From an uncultured delta proteobacterium (GTDB lineage Bacteria > Myxococcota > Myxococcia > Myxococcales > Anaeromyxobacteraceae): 64,000 nucleotides of DNA. Below are positions 22,823 through 34,656 of this stretch, in pieces (within the stretch, counting starts at the first letter, position 1; each line of letters begins with the position of its first letter). The position numbers were made by a program, and so were the translations under genes. The stretch covers positions 160,001 to 224,000 of the forward strand of contig CAVYBH010000012.1 in assembly GCA_963766715.1 (NCBI GenBank). The letters are read 5' to 3'. The notes beneath the pieces were generated by a model. It was not told where the DNA came from, searched no databases, and worked only from the letters and a program-made list of their open reading frames with translations.

Positions 22823-25628
22823 ATGGATCGTGCGCCCAGAGATGCCGAGGCCCGCACGCGCGAGCAGCGCGTGAACGCGGCCCGTCTGGAACTGCTGGAG
22901 CGCGATCCCCTCCGCGACCCTGAAGGACCTCCTCACCGCGACGCTCGACCTGGCCGAGGCGCTCACCGGCAGCCAGATCGGCTTCTTCCACTTCGTCGAG
23001 GAGGATCAGGCGACCCTCTCGCTGCAGGCCTGGTCCACGAACACGGTGGCGAGGATGTGCACCGCCGAGGGCGCCGGGGCCCACTACCCGATCGACCAGG
23101 CCGGCGTGTGGGCCGATTGCGTCCGGCGGGAAGGCCCGTCGTGCACAACGACTACGCGTCCTTGGGCACCAGGAAGGGCTTGCCGCCCGGGCACGCCCGC
23201 GTCGCTCGGGAGCTCACCGTGCCCGTGCTGCGCGCCGGCCGGGTGTGTGCCGTCCTCGGCGTGGGGAACAAGCCCGTCGATTACGACGAGCGGGACGTGG
23301 AGGACGTCGCCAATCTCGCCGACCTCGCCTGGGACATCGCCGCACGCAAGCGCGCCCAGGACGGCCTGCGCGCCAGCGAGGAGCGCTACCGGGACCTCGT
23401 CGAGCTCTCGCCCGACGCGATCTTCGTGAACCGGGCCGACCGGGTCGAGTTCGCGAACCGGGCGGCCCTCTCGCTCTTCGGCGCGGAGCGGGCCGGGCAA
23501 CTCGTCGGCAAGCCCATCCTGGAGCTCTTCCACCCCGGTTCGCACGCCCTCATCCGGGAGCGCATCGCCAGGCTCCTCGAGGGGGAAAAGGTGCCCATGG
23601 TCCGCGAGCGGGTGATCCGCCTCGACGGAACGGTCCGCGACGTGGAGGTGGCGGCGGCCTCGTTCCGCGATGCCCGGGGAATCGCCATCCAGGTGGTCCT
23701 TCACGACGTGACGGAGCAGCTGCGTCGCGAGTCGGCCCTGCAGGCCAGCGAGGCGCAGTTCCGGGAGCTGGTCCGGTTCCTCGCGGTCCCGATCGCCCTC
23801 AGCGATCCCCAGGGCCGGATCGTCCTCATCAACGACCGCTTCACCGAGGTCCTGGGCTACACGCCGGAGGACATCCCCACGGTGGAGGCGTGGTTTCCCG
23901 CGCGCCTATCCGAACCCGGCCTACCGCGCCCAGGTGAGGGAGACGTGGGGCGCGGCCGTCCGGCGGGCGGCCGCGGCCGGAGGGGAGATCGCGCCGGAGG
24001 AGTACCGGGTCACGTCGAAGTCCGGCGACGTGCGGGCCATGGTCATCTCCGGCATGCCGGTCGGGGAGAACCTCCTCGTCACCTTCGTGGACGTCACCGA
24101 GCGGAAGCGCGCCGAGGAGGAACTGCGCCTCCAGCAGAGCCGGCTCGACCTCGCCGTCCGGTCCGGAAGGGCAGGGCTCTGGGACCTGGACCTGGCGTCG
24201 GGCCAGGCCTGGCGCACGCTCCAGCACGACCGGCTCTTCGGCTACGACGAGCTCCAGCCGACCTGGGGAGCCGAGGAAGCCATTCGTCACGTCGTCCCCG
24301 AGGATCGCCCCGTCTTCCTGAAGGCCTTCGAGGACGCGCTCGCGAGCGGGCACTTCCACTACGAGCTCCGCATCGATCCGCACGCCGGGCCGCGGCGCTG
24401 GATCGAGGCGACCGGGGAGGTGTACCGGGACGAGGACGGACGAGCCGGTCCGGATGGCGGGAACGGTCGTGGACGTCACCGATCGCAGGCTGGCCGAGGA
24501 GGCGATCCGGTCCGCGTCCGCCTACGCCCGCAGCCTGATCGAGGCGAGCCTCGATCCGCTGGTGGTCATCGGCCCGGACGGGAAGGTCACCGACGTGAAC
24601 GCGGCGACGGAGGCCATGACCGGCGTGCCGCGCGGCCGGCTCGTCGGCAGCGACTTCGCCGACTACTTCACCGAGCCCGAGAAGGCGCGTGCCGGCCTGC
24701 AGCGCGTGCTCTCCGCCGGGGCGCTCCGCGACCACTCCCTCACGATCCGTCATGCGAGCGGCCGGACCACCGAGGTGATCTTCAGCGCCTCGGTCTACGC
24801 CGGCCCGGACGGCAATGTGCGGGGCGTCTTCGCCGCCGCGCGGGACGTCACCGAGCTGCGCGCCCTCCAGGCCAAGGTCGCCCTGTCGGCGCGCCTGGCG
24901 GCGATGGGAACGCTGGTGGCGGGCGTGGCGCACGAGATCAACAACCCGCTGGCCGCGGTGATGGCAGGCCAGGGGCTGACGCTGGAGACGTCCCGCGAGC
25001 TGCGGAAGCGGCTCCAGGATCGCATGCTCCTCGACCCCGAGACCGAGATCCGGCAGCTCGACGAGGGGATCGAGGCCCTGGAGGACGCATGGGAGGGCGG
25101 GCAGCGGATCGCGGGCATCGTCAAGGAGCTGGCGGCGATCGCCCGGCCCGACCCGACGCGAGAGCGGGTCCGGCTCGCCGACGTCGCGGCCCAGGCGGTC
25201 CGCTGGGTTCGTCCGTTCCTGGACGACGGACCTCGCCATCGTGGTGCAGGACCTGGGCGCCCCCGACGTCCTGGCCGCGGCCAGCCGGATCGAGCAGGTG
25301 GTCGTGAATCTGCTGACGAACGCAGCCAAGGCCACCGCGCCGGGAAAGCAGGCCGAGGTCGTCGTCCGGGTGGGGCCCGGCGCGCCGGGCCAGGCGCGCG
25401 TCGAGGTCATCGATCGCGGCGCGGGCATCCCTCCGGCCATCCTCGACCGGATCTTCGAGCCGTTCTTCACCACGCGCCAGGTGGGGAAGGGAAAAGGGCG
25501 CCGGGCTCGGCCTCGCCCTGAGTCACGCGATCGCGACCTCCCACGGCGGAACGCTCACGGCGGAGAGCGCGCTGGGCCAGGGCTCGACGTTCCGCCTCGA
25601 CCTGCCCGCTGCGCCCGGAGGGACTTGA
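22823..25628 (+). CDS. GAF + multi-PAS sensor histidine kinase (several frameshifts)
   Basis: GAF (HNDY..RELTVPV..GVGNK), PAS repeats, H-box AGVAHEINNPL, N-box QVVVNLLTNA, FEPFFTT, G-box. Confidence 0.85.
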
Positions 25629-25727
25629 GCGCATCCAGGTTTCGGTGTCCGAGATTGGCCGTGGCTCGTCCACTGGTTGCAGGTCTTCGGGAGCGTGAGG
25701 AACGTCGGCGGGCCCAGGGGGCTGGGC

Positions 25728-28588
25728 ATGAACCCACAAAGGACGAGCGCAAGACGCTGCGGTCGAGAGCCGAGGCGAAGCTGGCTTGCAGGCGGCGTCG
25801 CCGGCGCCGCCGGCCGTGGACTCGTCCGCGCTCGTCCACGAGCTCCAGGTCCACCAGATCGAGCTGGAGATCGCAGAACGAGGAGCTCCGGCGGGCCCAG
25901 CTCGAGCTCGAGGAGGCCCGGGACCAGTTCGTCGACCTGTACGATTTCGCCCCGGTCGGCTACCTCACGCTCGACCGACGGGGAGTCGTCACCCGGGCCA
26001 ATCTCGCGGGAGGGCAGCTCTTCGGCGATGAATCGGGCCCAGCCTGGTGGGGCGCCCGTTCGCGAGCCTCGTCTCGCCCGGCGAGCGCCGACCGATGGCA
26101 TCTGCTCGTTCGCGTCCCAGCTGCGGAGGCCCGACGAGCGGCAGGTCTGCGACCTCGCGCTGCGGCGCGGCGACGGATCGGAGTTCGAGGGTCGCCTCCT
26201 CTGCCGGTTTCGCGCGCTCGACGACGCGGCCGCCGCCGTGCAGGTCGCCATCACCGACGTCACGGTGGAGAAGCGGGCCCAGGCGCTCGCCCTGGCGCCC
26301 GAGCGGATGGTGGCCCTGCGAGCCGCCATCGACGCGCTGCCCATCGGCGTGACCCTCGTCGAGCTCGCGCCGGACGACACGCCGCGCTTCGTCACGCACA
26401 ACTCGGCGTACGACCGCAACTCGGCCTCCATCTCGCCCGCGGCGTCGAGCGTACGAGGAGCTTCCCGTCGAGATCTTCAGGCCCGATCGCGTCACCCCGG
26501 TGCACGGCCCTGGAGTTCCAGGTCCCCGAGCCGCCCTGACGGGAGAGACGGTGTCCGACGTCGAGATCCACGCCTTCGGGGACGGAGCGTGGAGGGTCTT
26601 CTCGGTGAGCGCCGCCCCCATCCCGAGGAGCGACCCCGCCGACCCGCGCCGCGCCGTCGCGGTGCTCCTCGACATCACCGAGAGGGTGGAGCAGGCCAAG
26701 CAGGTCGAGGCGGTGAAGGCCCGGCTCTCCCGCGTCCTCGACGGGTCGAACGACGCCTTCTTCGACTGGGACCTGCGGACCGGGCGAGGTGAAGTACAGC
26801 CGGAGCTTCGCCACCCTGCTCGGATACGACCTCGCCGAGCTGGAGCCGAGCGCGGCGACCTGGATCTCCCTCATCCACCCCGACGACCGGAAGATCGCCC
26901 GGGAGGCCGCCGGGCGGCACGAGCGAGGGGAGGCCGAGCAGTACCTGGCCGAGGTCCGGCTGCGCCACAAGGACGGACGGTGGATCTGGGTCTCCTCCCG
27001 CGGAAAGATCGTGGAGCGGGACGCCGAGCGGCAAGCCGCTGCGCATGTCGGGGACCAACACCGACGTCCGCGTGCGCAGGCGGGCGGAGGAGGCGCTCCG
27101 GGAGAGCGAGAGCCGCTTCCGCATCGTGGCGAACCAGACGCCGGTCGGCATCTTCCAGCTCGACGCGCGGAGCCAGGTCGTGTTCTTCAACCGGGCCTTC
27201 GAGGAGATGACGGGGTGCCCGGCCGCCACGACGACCAACGTCGAGCTGAAGGCGCTCCTCCACCCAGCCGACCTGGAAGGGTCGTCGGGGTCTGGCGGGA
27301 GAGCGTCGAGGCGACGCTCGCCCCTCTCGGTCGAGCTCTCGCCTCCGGCCCAGCGGGAGGCCGGCGATCTGGGCGCGATTCTCCGCTGCCCCGATCCAGG
27401 ATTCGTCGGGCGCCGTCGTGGGATCGGGTCGGCGCGCTCGTCGACGTCACCGAGGCCCGCAAGGCGGCGGCCTACGCGCGAAGCCTCATCGAGGCGAGCC
27501 TCGATCCGATGGTGACCTTCGGTCTCGACGGAAAGATCACCGACCTGAACGCGGCGACGGAGGCCGCGATCGGGCTTGCCGCGCGATCGAATCGTCGGAA
27601 CCGAGGTCGGCAACTACAGCGCCGACCCCGAAAAGGCCCGCGCCGGCTTCCGGCAGGCGCTGGCCGCCGGAAGCGTCCGGGACGTCGCCCTGCGCATCCA
27701 GCCACGTGAGCGGCCGGGGCACCGACGTGATCTTCAACGCGACCGTCCTCCGCGACCAGGACGGGGAGGTGCACGGCGTGCTGGCCGCCGCGCGCGACGT
27801 CACCGAGGTCCGGGCCCTGCAGACCCAGCTCGAGATGGCTCGGCCGGCTGGCGGCGATGGGAACGCTGGTGGCGGGCGTCGCGCACGAGATCAACAACCC
27901 GCTGGCAGCGGTGATGGCCGGGCCAGGGGCTGACGCTCGACGCGGCCCGGGCCATGAGGAGGCGGCTCCACGAGCGGTCGATGAAGGATCCCGAGGCGGA
28001 GATCCGGGACGTCGACGACGTGATCGAGGCGATGGAGGACGCCCGGGACGCAGGGCTGCGCATCGCGCGGATCGTCAAGGACCTGGCGGCCATCGCCCGG
28101 CCCGACCCGAGGCGGTCGCGAGTCCGGCTCGTCGACGTCGCGGCCCAGGCCGTCCGGTGGGTGCGCCCGCTCGTCGAGCGGGACGCCCGCATCGAGCTGC
28201 GGGACGAGGGGGCTCCGGACGTCGCGGTCGCCGTCGGCCAGGTCGAGCAGGTGGTCGTGAACCTCCTGACGAACGCGGCGCGCGCCACGCCCAGGGGGTC
28301 GAAGGGCGAAATCGTCGTCCGGGTCGGTCCGGGAGCTCCCGGGATGGCGCGGCTGGAGGTCATCGACCGCGGGGAGGGCATCGCCCCCGAGATCGTGGAC
28401 CGGATCTTCGAGCCGTTCTTCACCACGCGCCAGGTCGGCCAGCGACCGGGGGCCGGGACTCGGTCTCGCCGTATGCCACGCCATCGCGGAGGCGCACGGC
28501 GGTACCCTCGGCGTGGAGACCGGTCTCGGACAGGGCTCGACCTTCCGGCTCGAGTTGCCCGTCGCGCCGGACGACTGCACCTGGGTAA
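25728..28588 (+). CDS. Second multi-PAS sensor histidine kinase (many frameshifts, end approximate)
   Basis: HELQVHQIELE..NEELR..DLYDFAPVGY, PAS/PAC repeats, AGVAHEINNPL, QVVVNLLTNA, FEPFFTT, GSTFRLELP. Confidence 0.8.
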
Positions 28589-28597
28589 CCTGTCGGC

Positions 28598-30115
28598 GTG
28601 CCCCCCGACCGGAGACCCGCGCCACCGCGAGGCCGACGACGAGCGACCGCGGCCGTCGCGGTCGTGATCCTCGCTCTCCGCGGCCGCCGCCACCTGGCAG
28701 GCCACGCGGCGGACGCCGCCCGCCCCGCCTCCGGTGCCCGCTCCGGAACCCATCGCGCCGCCGCCGGCGCCACCTCCCGGCAGCGGAGGTCCCCGACCCC
28801 CGGCCGCGCCTCGTCGCGGCCCGCGCGAGCCTCACGTGCGGAGGGGCCACCGGCGAGGCCGTCTTCGTCGCCCCGGACCGCGCGCTGGGCTCGCTCCCGT
28901 GCCCGGAGGGGCAGGGACAGCTCCACCTCTCCGACGGCCGCGACCTGCTCGCCCGGACCGCCCCCGGAGCGCCTGCCGGCACCTCGATCCTCGACCTTCC
29001 GGGCGCGGCGGCGCCGTTCGTGCCGCCGGGCGCCTCGACTGCCCTGGCGGAGGGTGCGCCGCTGCTCGTCGGCCTCGAGGGAGGAGGGCCGGCGGTGATC
29101 GGAGAGGCCTCGGCGCGCGGGTACGCCTCCGTGGCGGGGGTGGCGCTCCTGCGGGCCGAGGACGCGGCCGGGCCGCTGGCCGGCCCCGTGCTCGACGCGC
29201 GCGGAAGCCTGGTGGGGGTCGTCCCGTCCTCCCCCCCGGATCCCGGGCGCCCGTGGCTGGCGGTTCCCGTCGAGGCGTTCGCCGGACCGCTCGGGCGAGA
29301 GGCGACCGATGCCTGGCGAAGGGCCGCAGAGGAGGCCGCCGACGTCGAACGGCGCGCCCAGGGCGATCTGTGGGGCCGGCTCCGGGGGCCGGCGGCGGTG
29401 CTGCTCGCCGCCGTTCCGGGTTCCGACGGGCTGGACCTCTTCGTGGTCCGCGCCGTGGCGGGGCGACCTCCGGCGGAGACGGTCCGCCTGATCCTCGACC
29501 CGCCGGTGCGCGGCTGCACGCTCCTCGGCCGGATCGGCGACTGGAGCACGGGCCCGCGCGCCTTCCAGGGGACGCCCGTGCCCGCCGAGGTGCTCGGGCG
29601 CCTGAGCCGCCTCGTCGCCCCGGCAGGCGGGGGCTCCGTCTGGATGGGGCGGGGCCAGGCACGGCTCGACTGCGATCTCTCCGGGGTGGCCGAGGACGCG
29701 ACCCTGGCCGTCGAGGGGAGCGACCCGGTCGTCCCGGTGCCGTTCCCGCGTGCGGGGCTTGCCGATGCCCTCGGCTCGCGGGGAGCGCAGCGGGGCCGAG
29801 TCGGCGCGGCAGGAGAGCCAGGCAGCCGCCCAGGACCTGGCGGCCCGGGCCGAGGAGGAGGCCGCGCGGGAGATTGGCTGGCGCGACGCCTTCCGGGAGG
29901 CGAACGCCCGCATCGCCCGCGCCAGGGAGCAGGTCCGGGCGATCCAGGCCCAGCGGGACGACGCCCGAGGCAACTTCCAGTACGTCCTGGAGGAGCAGCT
30001 GAACGGGGACCTCGAGGCCGCCCGCCTGGAGGTGAAGCGGGCCGAGATGGCCCTCGACGACCTGGACCGGCGCGCCTCGCTCGACGCCGTGCCGCGCGCC
30101 TGGCGCCGGGAGTAG
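28598..30115 (+). CDS. Membrane-anchored protein with degenerate trypsin-like domain and C-terminal coiled coil (frameshifted)
   Basis: N-terminal basic+hydrophobic segment; AGPLAGPVLDARGSLVGVV; C-terminal WRDAFREANARI...LDRRASLDAVPRAWRRE. Confidence 0.5.
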
Positions 30116-30180
30116 GATTCCGGGACGATTCGGCGTCACGTTTCGGCCCCTCGTCGGTAAAGGGAGGGAGACCGGACACC

Positions 30181-30762
30181 ATGCGACTCCCCTGGCCCAT
30201 CCGCGAGGCGCGACTCGGCCGGCTGGCCGCCCTGGCAGGCAAGGGCGATCGGGCTGCCGTGGTCGCCCTGTTCCGCGCCCTGCATCCGGACGTCGCCCGG
30301 TTCGTGGGCCGCCGGGTGGCGTCGAGCGCCGACGCCGAGGATGCGGTCGCCACCACGTTCCACCGCCTGCTCGAGTCGCTCGACCGGATCGACGGCGCGC
30401 GCGGGTCGGTGACGGGCTACGCCCTCGCGGTCGCCCGAAGCGTGCTGTCGGACGGCGGCCGGTCCAGGCGCGAGGCCTTCCGGCTCGAGGACGCCCCGGA
30501 GCTCCAGGATCCCCGCGCCGACGCGCTCGGCCGCCTCCTCCAGGGCGAGGCCGAGGCGCAGCTGCGCCGCTGCCTGGCGGCGCTGCCCCCGGAGACGCGG
30601 GACCTGCTCGCGCTTCGATTCGCCGACGGCCTGCGGTGGTCCGAGATCGCGGCCATCCTCGGGGACTCGGAGTCCGCGCTCCGGCAGCGGTCGTCCCGGG
30701 CGCTGCGGGAGCTCCGGGAGTCCCTGCGGGAGCCGGCCAGGAAGGAACTCGCCCATGAGTGA
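30181..30762 (+). CDS. ECF sigma-70 family factor
   Basis: ADAEDAVATTF (region 2), LPPETRDLLALRFADGLRWSEIAAILG (region 4); GGGAGGG SD. Confidence 0.88.
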   Translation: MRLPWPIREARLGRLAALAGKGDRAAVVALFRALHPDVARFVGRRVASSADAEDAVATTFHRLLESLDRIDGARGSVTGYALAVARSVLSDGGRSRREAFRLEDAPELQDPRADALGRLLQGEAEAQLRRCLAALPPETRDLLALRFADGLRWSEIAAILGDSESALRQRSSRALRELRESLREPARKELAHE

Positions 30763-31564
30763 AACGATTGCGGCGTGGCTGCGCCGAAAGGCCCGTCCCC
30801 CGGTCCTCCCGGGGGCGGCGCATCGGGATTCCCTGGAGAAGGACCTCGCCGCCCGGTTCGGTGCGGCACGAAAGGAGCAAAACATGTGGACCGTACTGCT
30901 TCGCGCCGGAGTGGCCGCCGGACTGCTCGTGGCCGTTGGGGCCGGGGCGTCGCAACTCCCCGCCACCTACCAGGCCGAGATCGGCAAGCGCATCGAGATC
31001 CGGACGCCTGCGCCGCCGGGGCCGGAGGCCGTCCAGGCGGCGGTGAAGTCCATCGAGGGAGGAGCGCAGGCGGGGAAGCGGGAGATCCAGGTCCGCGTGC
31101 GCGTCACACGGGAACCCGGACAGGACGTGCTCACCCGCATCGACGCCTTTGGCGACACCATCGGCCTGGAGGGGATCCCCGACGCCATCCGCGCGTCCGC
31201 GTCCGCCTTCGCCGGGGCCCGGATCACGATCCAGCCCGTGGAAGGCCCCGTGGAGGGCGACCTCGCCGGGCTCGTGGGAACCCGGGTCCTGGGTGAGCGG
31301 CTCAACGAGGCCCAGGTCGAGGCAGCGGTGAGGAAGCTGGAGGCGGATGCCGCCCGGCTCGACGCCGACGCGGCCCGCCTGGACGCCGAGGGACGACGGC
31401 TCGAGGCAGACGAGGCGCGGCTGGGAGCCGAGGTCCGGCGCCGGATGGCCGCGGACGGGACGCCCGGCGAGGTCCAGGTCGAGGTGAAGGACGGGCCAGA
31501 TGGCCAGGTACGCCGGGAGGTCCGGGTGATCGTGACGAAGGAGAAGGAGGAGCCCGCCCGGTAG
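30755..31564 (+). CDS. Putative anti-sigma/membrane protein coupled to the ECF sigma
   Basis: Overlaps the sigma stop; short N-terminus, one TM, extracytoplasmic region with heptad repeats. Confidence 0.55.
   Translation: MSETIAAWLRRKARPPVLPGAAHRDSLEKDLAARFGAARKEQNMWTVLLRAGVAAGLLVAVGAGASQLPATYQAEIGKRIEIRTPAPPGPEAVQAAVKSIEGGAQAGKREIQVRVRVTREPGQDVLTRIDAFGDTIGLEGIPDAIRASASAFAGARITIQPVEGPVEGDLAGLVGTRVLGERLNEAQVEAAVRKLEADAARLDADAARLDAEGRRLEADEARLGAEVRRRMAADGTPGEVQVEVKDGPDGQVRREVRVIVTKEKEEPAR
31337..31441 (+). repeat. Five degenerate 21-nt in-frame repeats (L-[EDG]-A-[DE]-x-x-R)
   Basis: ctggaggcggatgccgcccgg / ctcgacgccgacgcggcccgc / ctggacgccgagggacgacgg / ctcgaggcagacgaggcgcgg / ctgggagccgaggtccggcgc. 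Confidence 0.75.
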
Positions 31565-31656
31565 CTCCGGGCCCGGAGGGATCGCCGTCCGAAACGGCGA
31601 GCCGATTTCGGCCGGGCGAGGTAGACTTCCGGCCCCTCCGGGACCGAGGAAAACCT

Positions 31657-34656
31657 TTGCCTTCCGTCACGCGCATCGAGGTCGGGACCCGTCCCGGCTT
31701 CACAGACAGCCTGGGTAGCTCCGTCGCCCGCCGGATCAAGGAACACCTCGGGCTCGCCCCCGGGCGGGTCCGGACCCGGGACGTCTTCCACGTCGAGGCC
31801 GCGCTCTCCCCGGCGGAATCCGAGGCGGTGGCCCGGGAGTTCGCCGGCCCGATCGTGCGCCAGGGCGCCGTGGGACGCCTCGACGACGGCCCGTTCGGCG
31901 TCGCCGTCTCGGTGGGCTACAAGCCGGGCGTCACCGACCCGGTCGCGAAGAGCGCCCGGGTGGCGATCGAGGACCTGCTCGGCCGTCCCCTGGGCGAGGG
32001 CGCCCACGTCTACACCTCGCGCCTCTACCTGCTCGACGGCGTCTCGGAGGCGGAGGCCGGGCGCATCGCCCGGGCGCTGCTCGCCAACGAGGTCATCGAG
32101 CGGGTGGGCGTGCAGTCGTACGCGCAGTGGAGCGCGTCCCCGCCCGACCTCTCGGTGCCGCGGGTGGCGGAGCATGCCGCCCGGCCGGTCGAGACGGTGA
32201 GCCTGGAGCTCTCCGACGACGCGCTCCAGGCGCTCTCGCGCGAGCGGCTGCTCGCCCTGTCGCTCGAGGAGATGCGGACGCTGCGCGACTTCTACCGCGC
32301 CGCCGGGATCCGACCCGGTGCGCCGCGCCGCCGGGCTGGGCGCGTCGCCCACCGACGTCGAGCTGGAGTGCCTGGCCCAGACCTGGTCGGAGCACTGCAA
32401 GCACAAGATCATGAACGCGGTCATCTCCTACCGGGAGGAGGGCCGTCCCCCGGAGGAGATCCGGTCCATCTTCAAGACCTTCATCCGCGGCACCACCGAG
32501 GCGGTCGACCAGGCCATCCAGGCACGCGAGGGCAAGAGCTGGCTCGTCTCGGTCTTCCACGACAACGCGGGCGTCATCGCGGCCACCGACCGCTACCACC
32601 TCGTCTACAAGGTCGAGACCCACAACAGCCCCTCGGCCCTCGACCCGTACGGCGGCGCCATCACCGGCATCGTCGGCGTGAATCGCGATCCCTTCGGCAC
32701 GGGGATGGGCGCCGACCTCCTCTCGAACACCTGGGGCTACTGCTTCGGCCCCCCGGAGTGGTCCGCGGAGTTGCCCCCGGGCCTCCTGCACCCGCGCCGC
32801 ATCCGGGACGGCGTGCACTCCGGCGTGATCGACGGCGGCAACCAGTCGGGCATTCCCTACGCCCGTGGCTGGGAGTTCTTCGACGAGCGCTTCCTCGGGA
32901 AGCCGCTCGTCTACTGCGGCACGGTGGGCCGCATGCCGGTCACCATCGCCGGCGCGCCGGGGGAGCAGAAGCACGCCCGGGCCGGCGACCGCATCGTGAT
33001 GGTGGGTGGACGCATCGGCAAGGACGGGATCCACGGCGCCACGTTCTCGTCCGCGGAGCTGACCGAGGAGAGCCCGGTCCAGGCCGTGCAGATCGGCGAT
33101 CCCATCACCCAGAAGATGATGTTCGACTTCCTCCTCGAGGCCCGGGAGCGCGGCCTCTACTCGGCCATCACCGACAACGGGGCGGGCGGCCTGTCGTCGT
33201 CGGTGGGCGAGATGGGGAAGCAGCCCGGTGGCGCCCGGCTCGACCTGGCGCTGGCGCCTCTCAAGTACCAGGGCCTGGCTCCCTGGGAGATCCTGGTCTC
33301 CGAGGCCCAGGAGCGCATGACGGTGGCGGTGCGCCCGGAGAAGCTCCCCGAGTTCCTCGAACTGGCGCGGCTGCGCGAGGTGGAGGCCACCGATCTGGGC
33401 GAGTTCACCACCGAGCCCCTCTTCCACCTGCTCCACGCCGGGCGGACGGTGGGGCTCATCCCCATGGCGTTCCTCCACGACGGGGATCCGGAGATGCGGA
33501 TCGTCGCGGAGTGGAAGGAGCCCGCGATCTCGGCGTTCCCGGCCACCCCGGTCCCGGGCGGCCGACGAGGGGAACGCCCTCGCCCGGGCCCTGCTCGGCC
33601 GCGACAACCTGCGTTCGTCCGAGGACCTCGACGCGCACCTACGATCACGAGGTGAAGGCGCTCACCGTGGTGAAGCCCTGGATCGGAGCCTCCCGCGACG
33701 TGCCGGCCGACGCGGCCGTGCTCCAGATCGCCCACGACGGTGGCCACGTCGGGTACGCGCTCGGCGAGGCCGTCTTCCCGACCTACTCCGACCAGGACGC
33801 CCACGCCATGGCCCAGGCCGGCGTGGACCTCGCGGTCCGGCGCGTGGTGGCCGCCGGGGCCCGCCTCGACCGGATCGCGCTGCTCGACAACTACTGCTGG
33901 CCCGATCCGCTCGAGGGGCCGAAGAACCCCGACGCGCGCCACAAGGCGGCCCAGCTCGTCCGCGCCTCCCGCGGTCTCTCCGAGATTTGCCGCGCCTACG
34001 GGGCCCCGCTCATCTCGGGCAAGGACTCGATGAAGAACGATGCGGTGGTGGGCGGGAAGCGCATCTCCATCCCGCCCACGCTGCTGGCGTCCGCCATCGC
34101 CATCGTCCCCGACGTCCGCAAGGCGCTGACCCTCGAGGCCTCCGGTCCGGGCGAGGTGCTGTTCCTCGTGGGCGAGACCGGCGACGAGCTGGGGTGCTCC
34201 GAGTACGCCGCGCTGCGCGGAACCGCCGGCGGGCTCGTGCCCCGCTGTCATCCGGAGGCCTTCCACGCGCGCTACCGCCGGGCGTCCCGGGCCATCGCCG
34301 AGGGGCTCGTCACCGCGGCCCACGCACCGGGACGCGGAGGCCTGCTCGTGTCCCTGTTCTTCCTCGCCCGGGCCGCGGGGCTCGGGCTCGACGTCGATCT
34401 CTCCCGGGTCCCGACCTCGGGGTCGCCGGGCTGGGAGGCTCTCCTCTTCGGCGAGTCGGCCGGCCGGCTGCTGCTGGCGGTGAAGCCGGGACAGGTGGCC
34501 GAGTTCACCCGCCGGCTCGAGGGCGAGCCGGTGGCGCGGCTCGGAACCTACGGTCCGGGCAGCCGGCTGCGCATCTCCCTCGGCGGCCGCGCGGTCGTCG
34601 ACGAGGACGTCGACGAGCTGGCGCGCGCCTGGAAGCGGGAAGGGGGTCGCGCGTGA
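31657..34656 (+). CDS. purL: FGAM synthase PurL with fused N-terminal PurS-like region (frameshifts ~32320 and ~33570-33635)
   Basis: PGVTDP, QTWSEHCKHK, KVETHNSPS, DGIHGATFSS, DNGAGGLSSS, SEAQERM, ISGKDS, LFGESAGR. Confidence 0.93.
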   Translation: MPSVTRIEVGTRPGFTDSLGSSVARRIKEHLGLAPGRVRTRDVFHVEAALSPAESEAVAREFAGPIVRQGAVGRLDDGPFGVAVSVGYKPGVTDPVAKSARVAIEDLLGRPLGEGAHVYTSRLYLLDGVSEAEAGRIARALLANEVIERVGVQSYAQWSASPPDLSVPRVAEHAARPVETVSLELSDDALQALSRERLLALSLEEMRTLRDFYRAAGIRPGAPRRRAGRVAHRRRAGVPGPDLVGALQAQDHERGHLLPGGGPSPGGDPVHLQDLHPRHHRGGRPGHPGTRGQELARLGLPRQRGRHRGHRPLPPRLQGRDPQQPLGPRPVRRRHHRHRRRESRSLRHGDGRRPPLEHLGLLLRPPGVVRGVAPGPPAPAPHPGRRALRRDRRRQPVGHSLRPWLGVLRRALPREAARLLRHGGPHAGHHRRRAGGAEARPGRRPHRDGGWTHRQGRDPRRHVLVRGADRGEPGPGRADRRSHHPEDDVRLPPRGPGARPLLGHHRQRGGRPVVVGGRDGEAARWRPARPGAGASQVPGPGSLGDPGLRGPGAHDGGGAPGEAPRVPRTGAAARGGGHRSGRVHHRAPLPPAPRRADGGAHPHGVPPRRGSGDADRRGVEGARDLGVPGHPGPGRPTRGTPSPGPCSAATTCVRPRTSTRTYDHEVKALTVVKPWIGASRDVPADAAVLQIAHDGGHVGYALGEAVFPTYSDQDAHAMAQAGVDLAVRRVVAAGARLDRIALLDNYCWPDPLEGPKNPDARHKAAQLVRASRGLSEICRAYGAPLISGKDSMKNDAVVGGKRISIPPTLLASAIAIVPDVRKALTLEASGPGEVLFLVGETGDELGCSEYAALRGTAGGLVPRCHPEAFHARYRRASRAIAEGLVTAAHAPGRGGLLVSLFFLARAAGLGLDVDLSRVPTSGSPGWEALLFGESAGRLLLAVKPGQVAEFTRRLEGEPVARLGTYGPGSRLRISLGGRAVVDEDVDELARAWKREGGRA

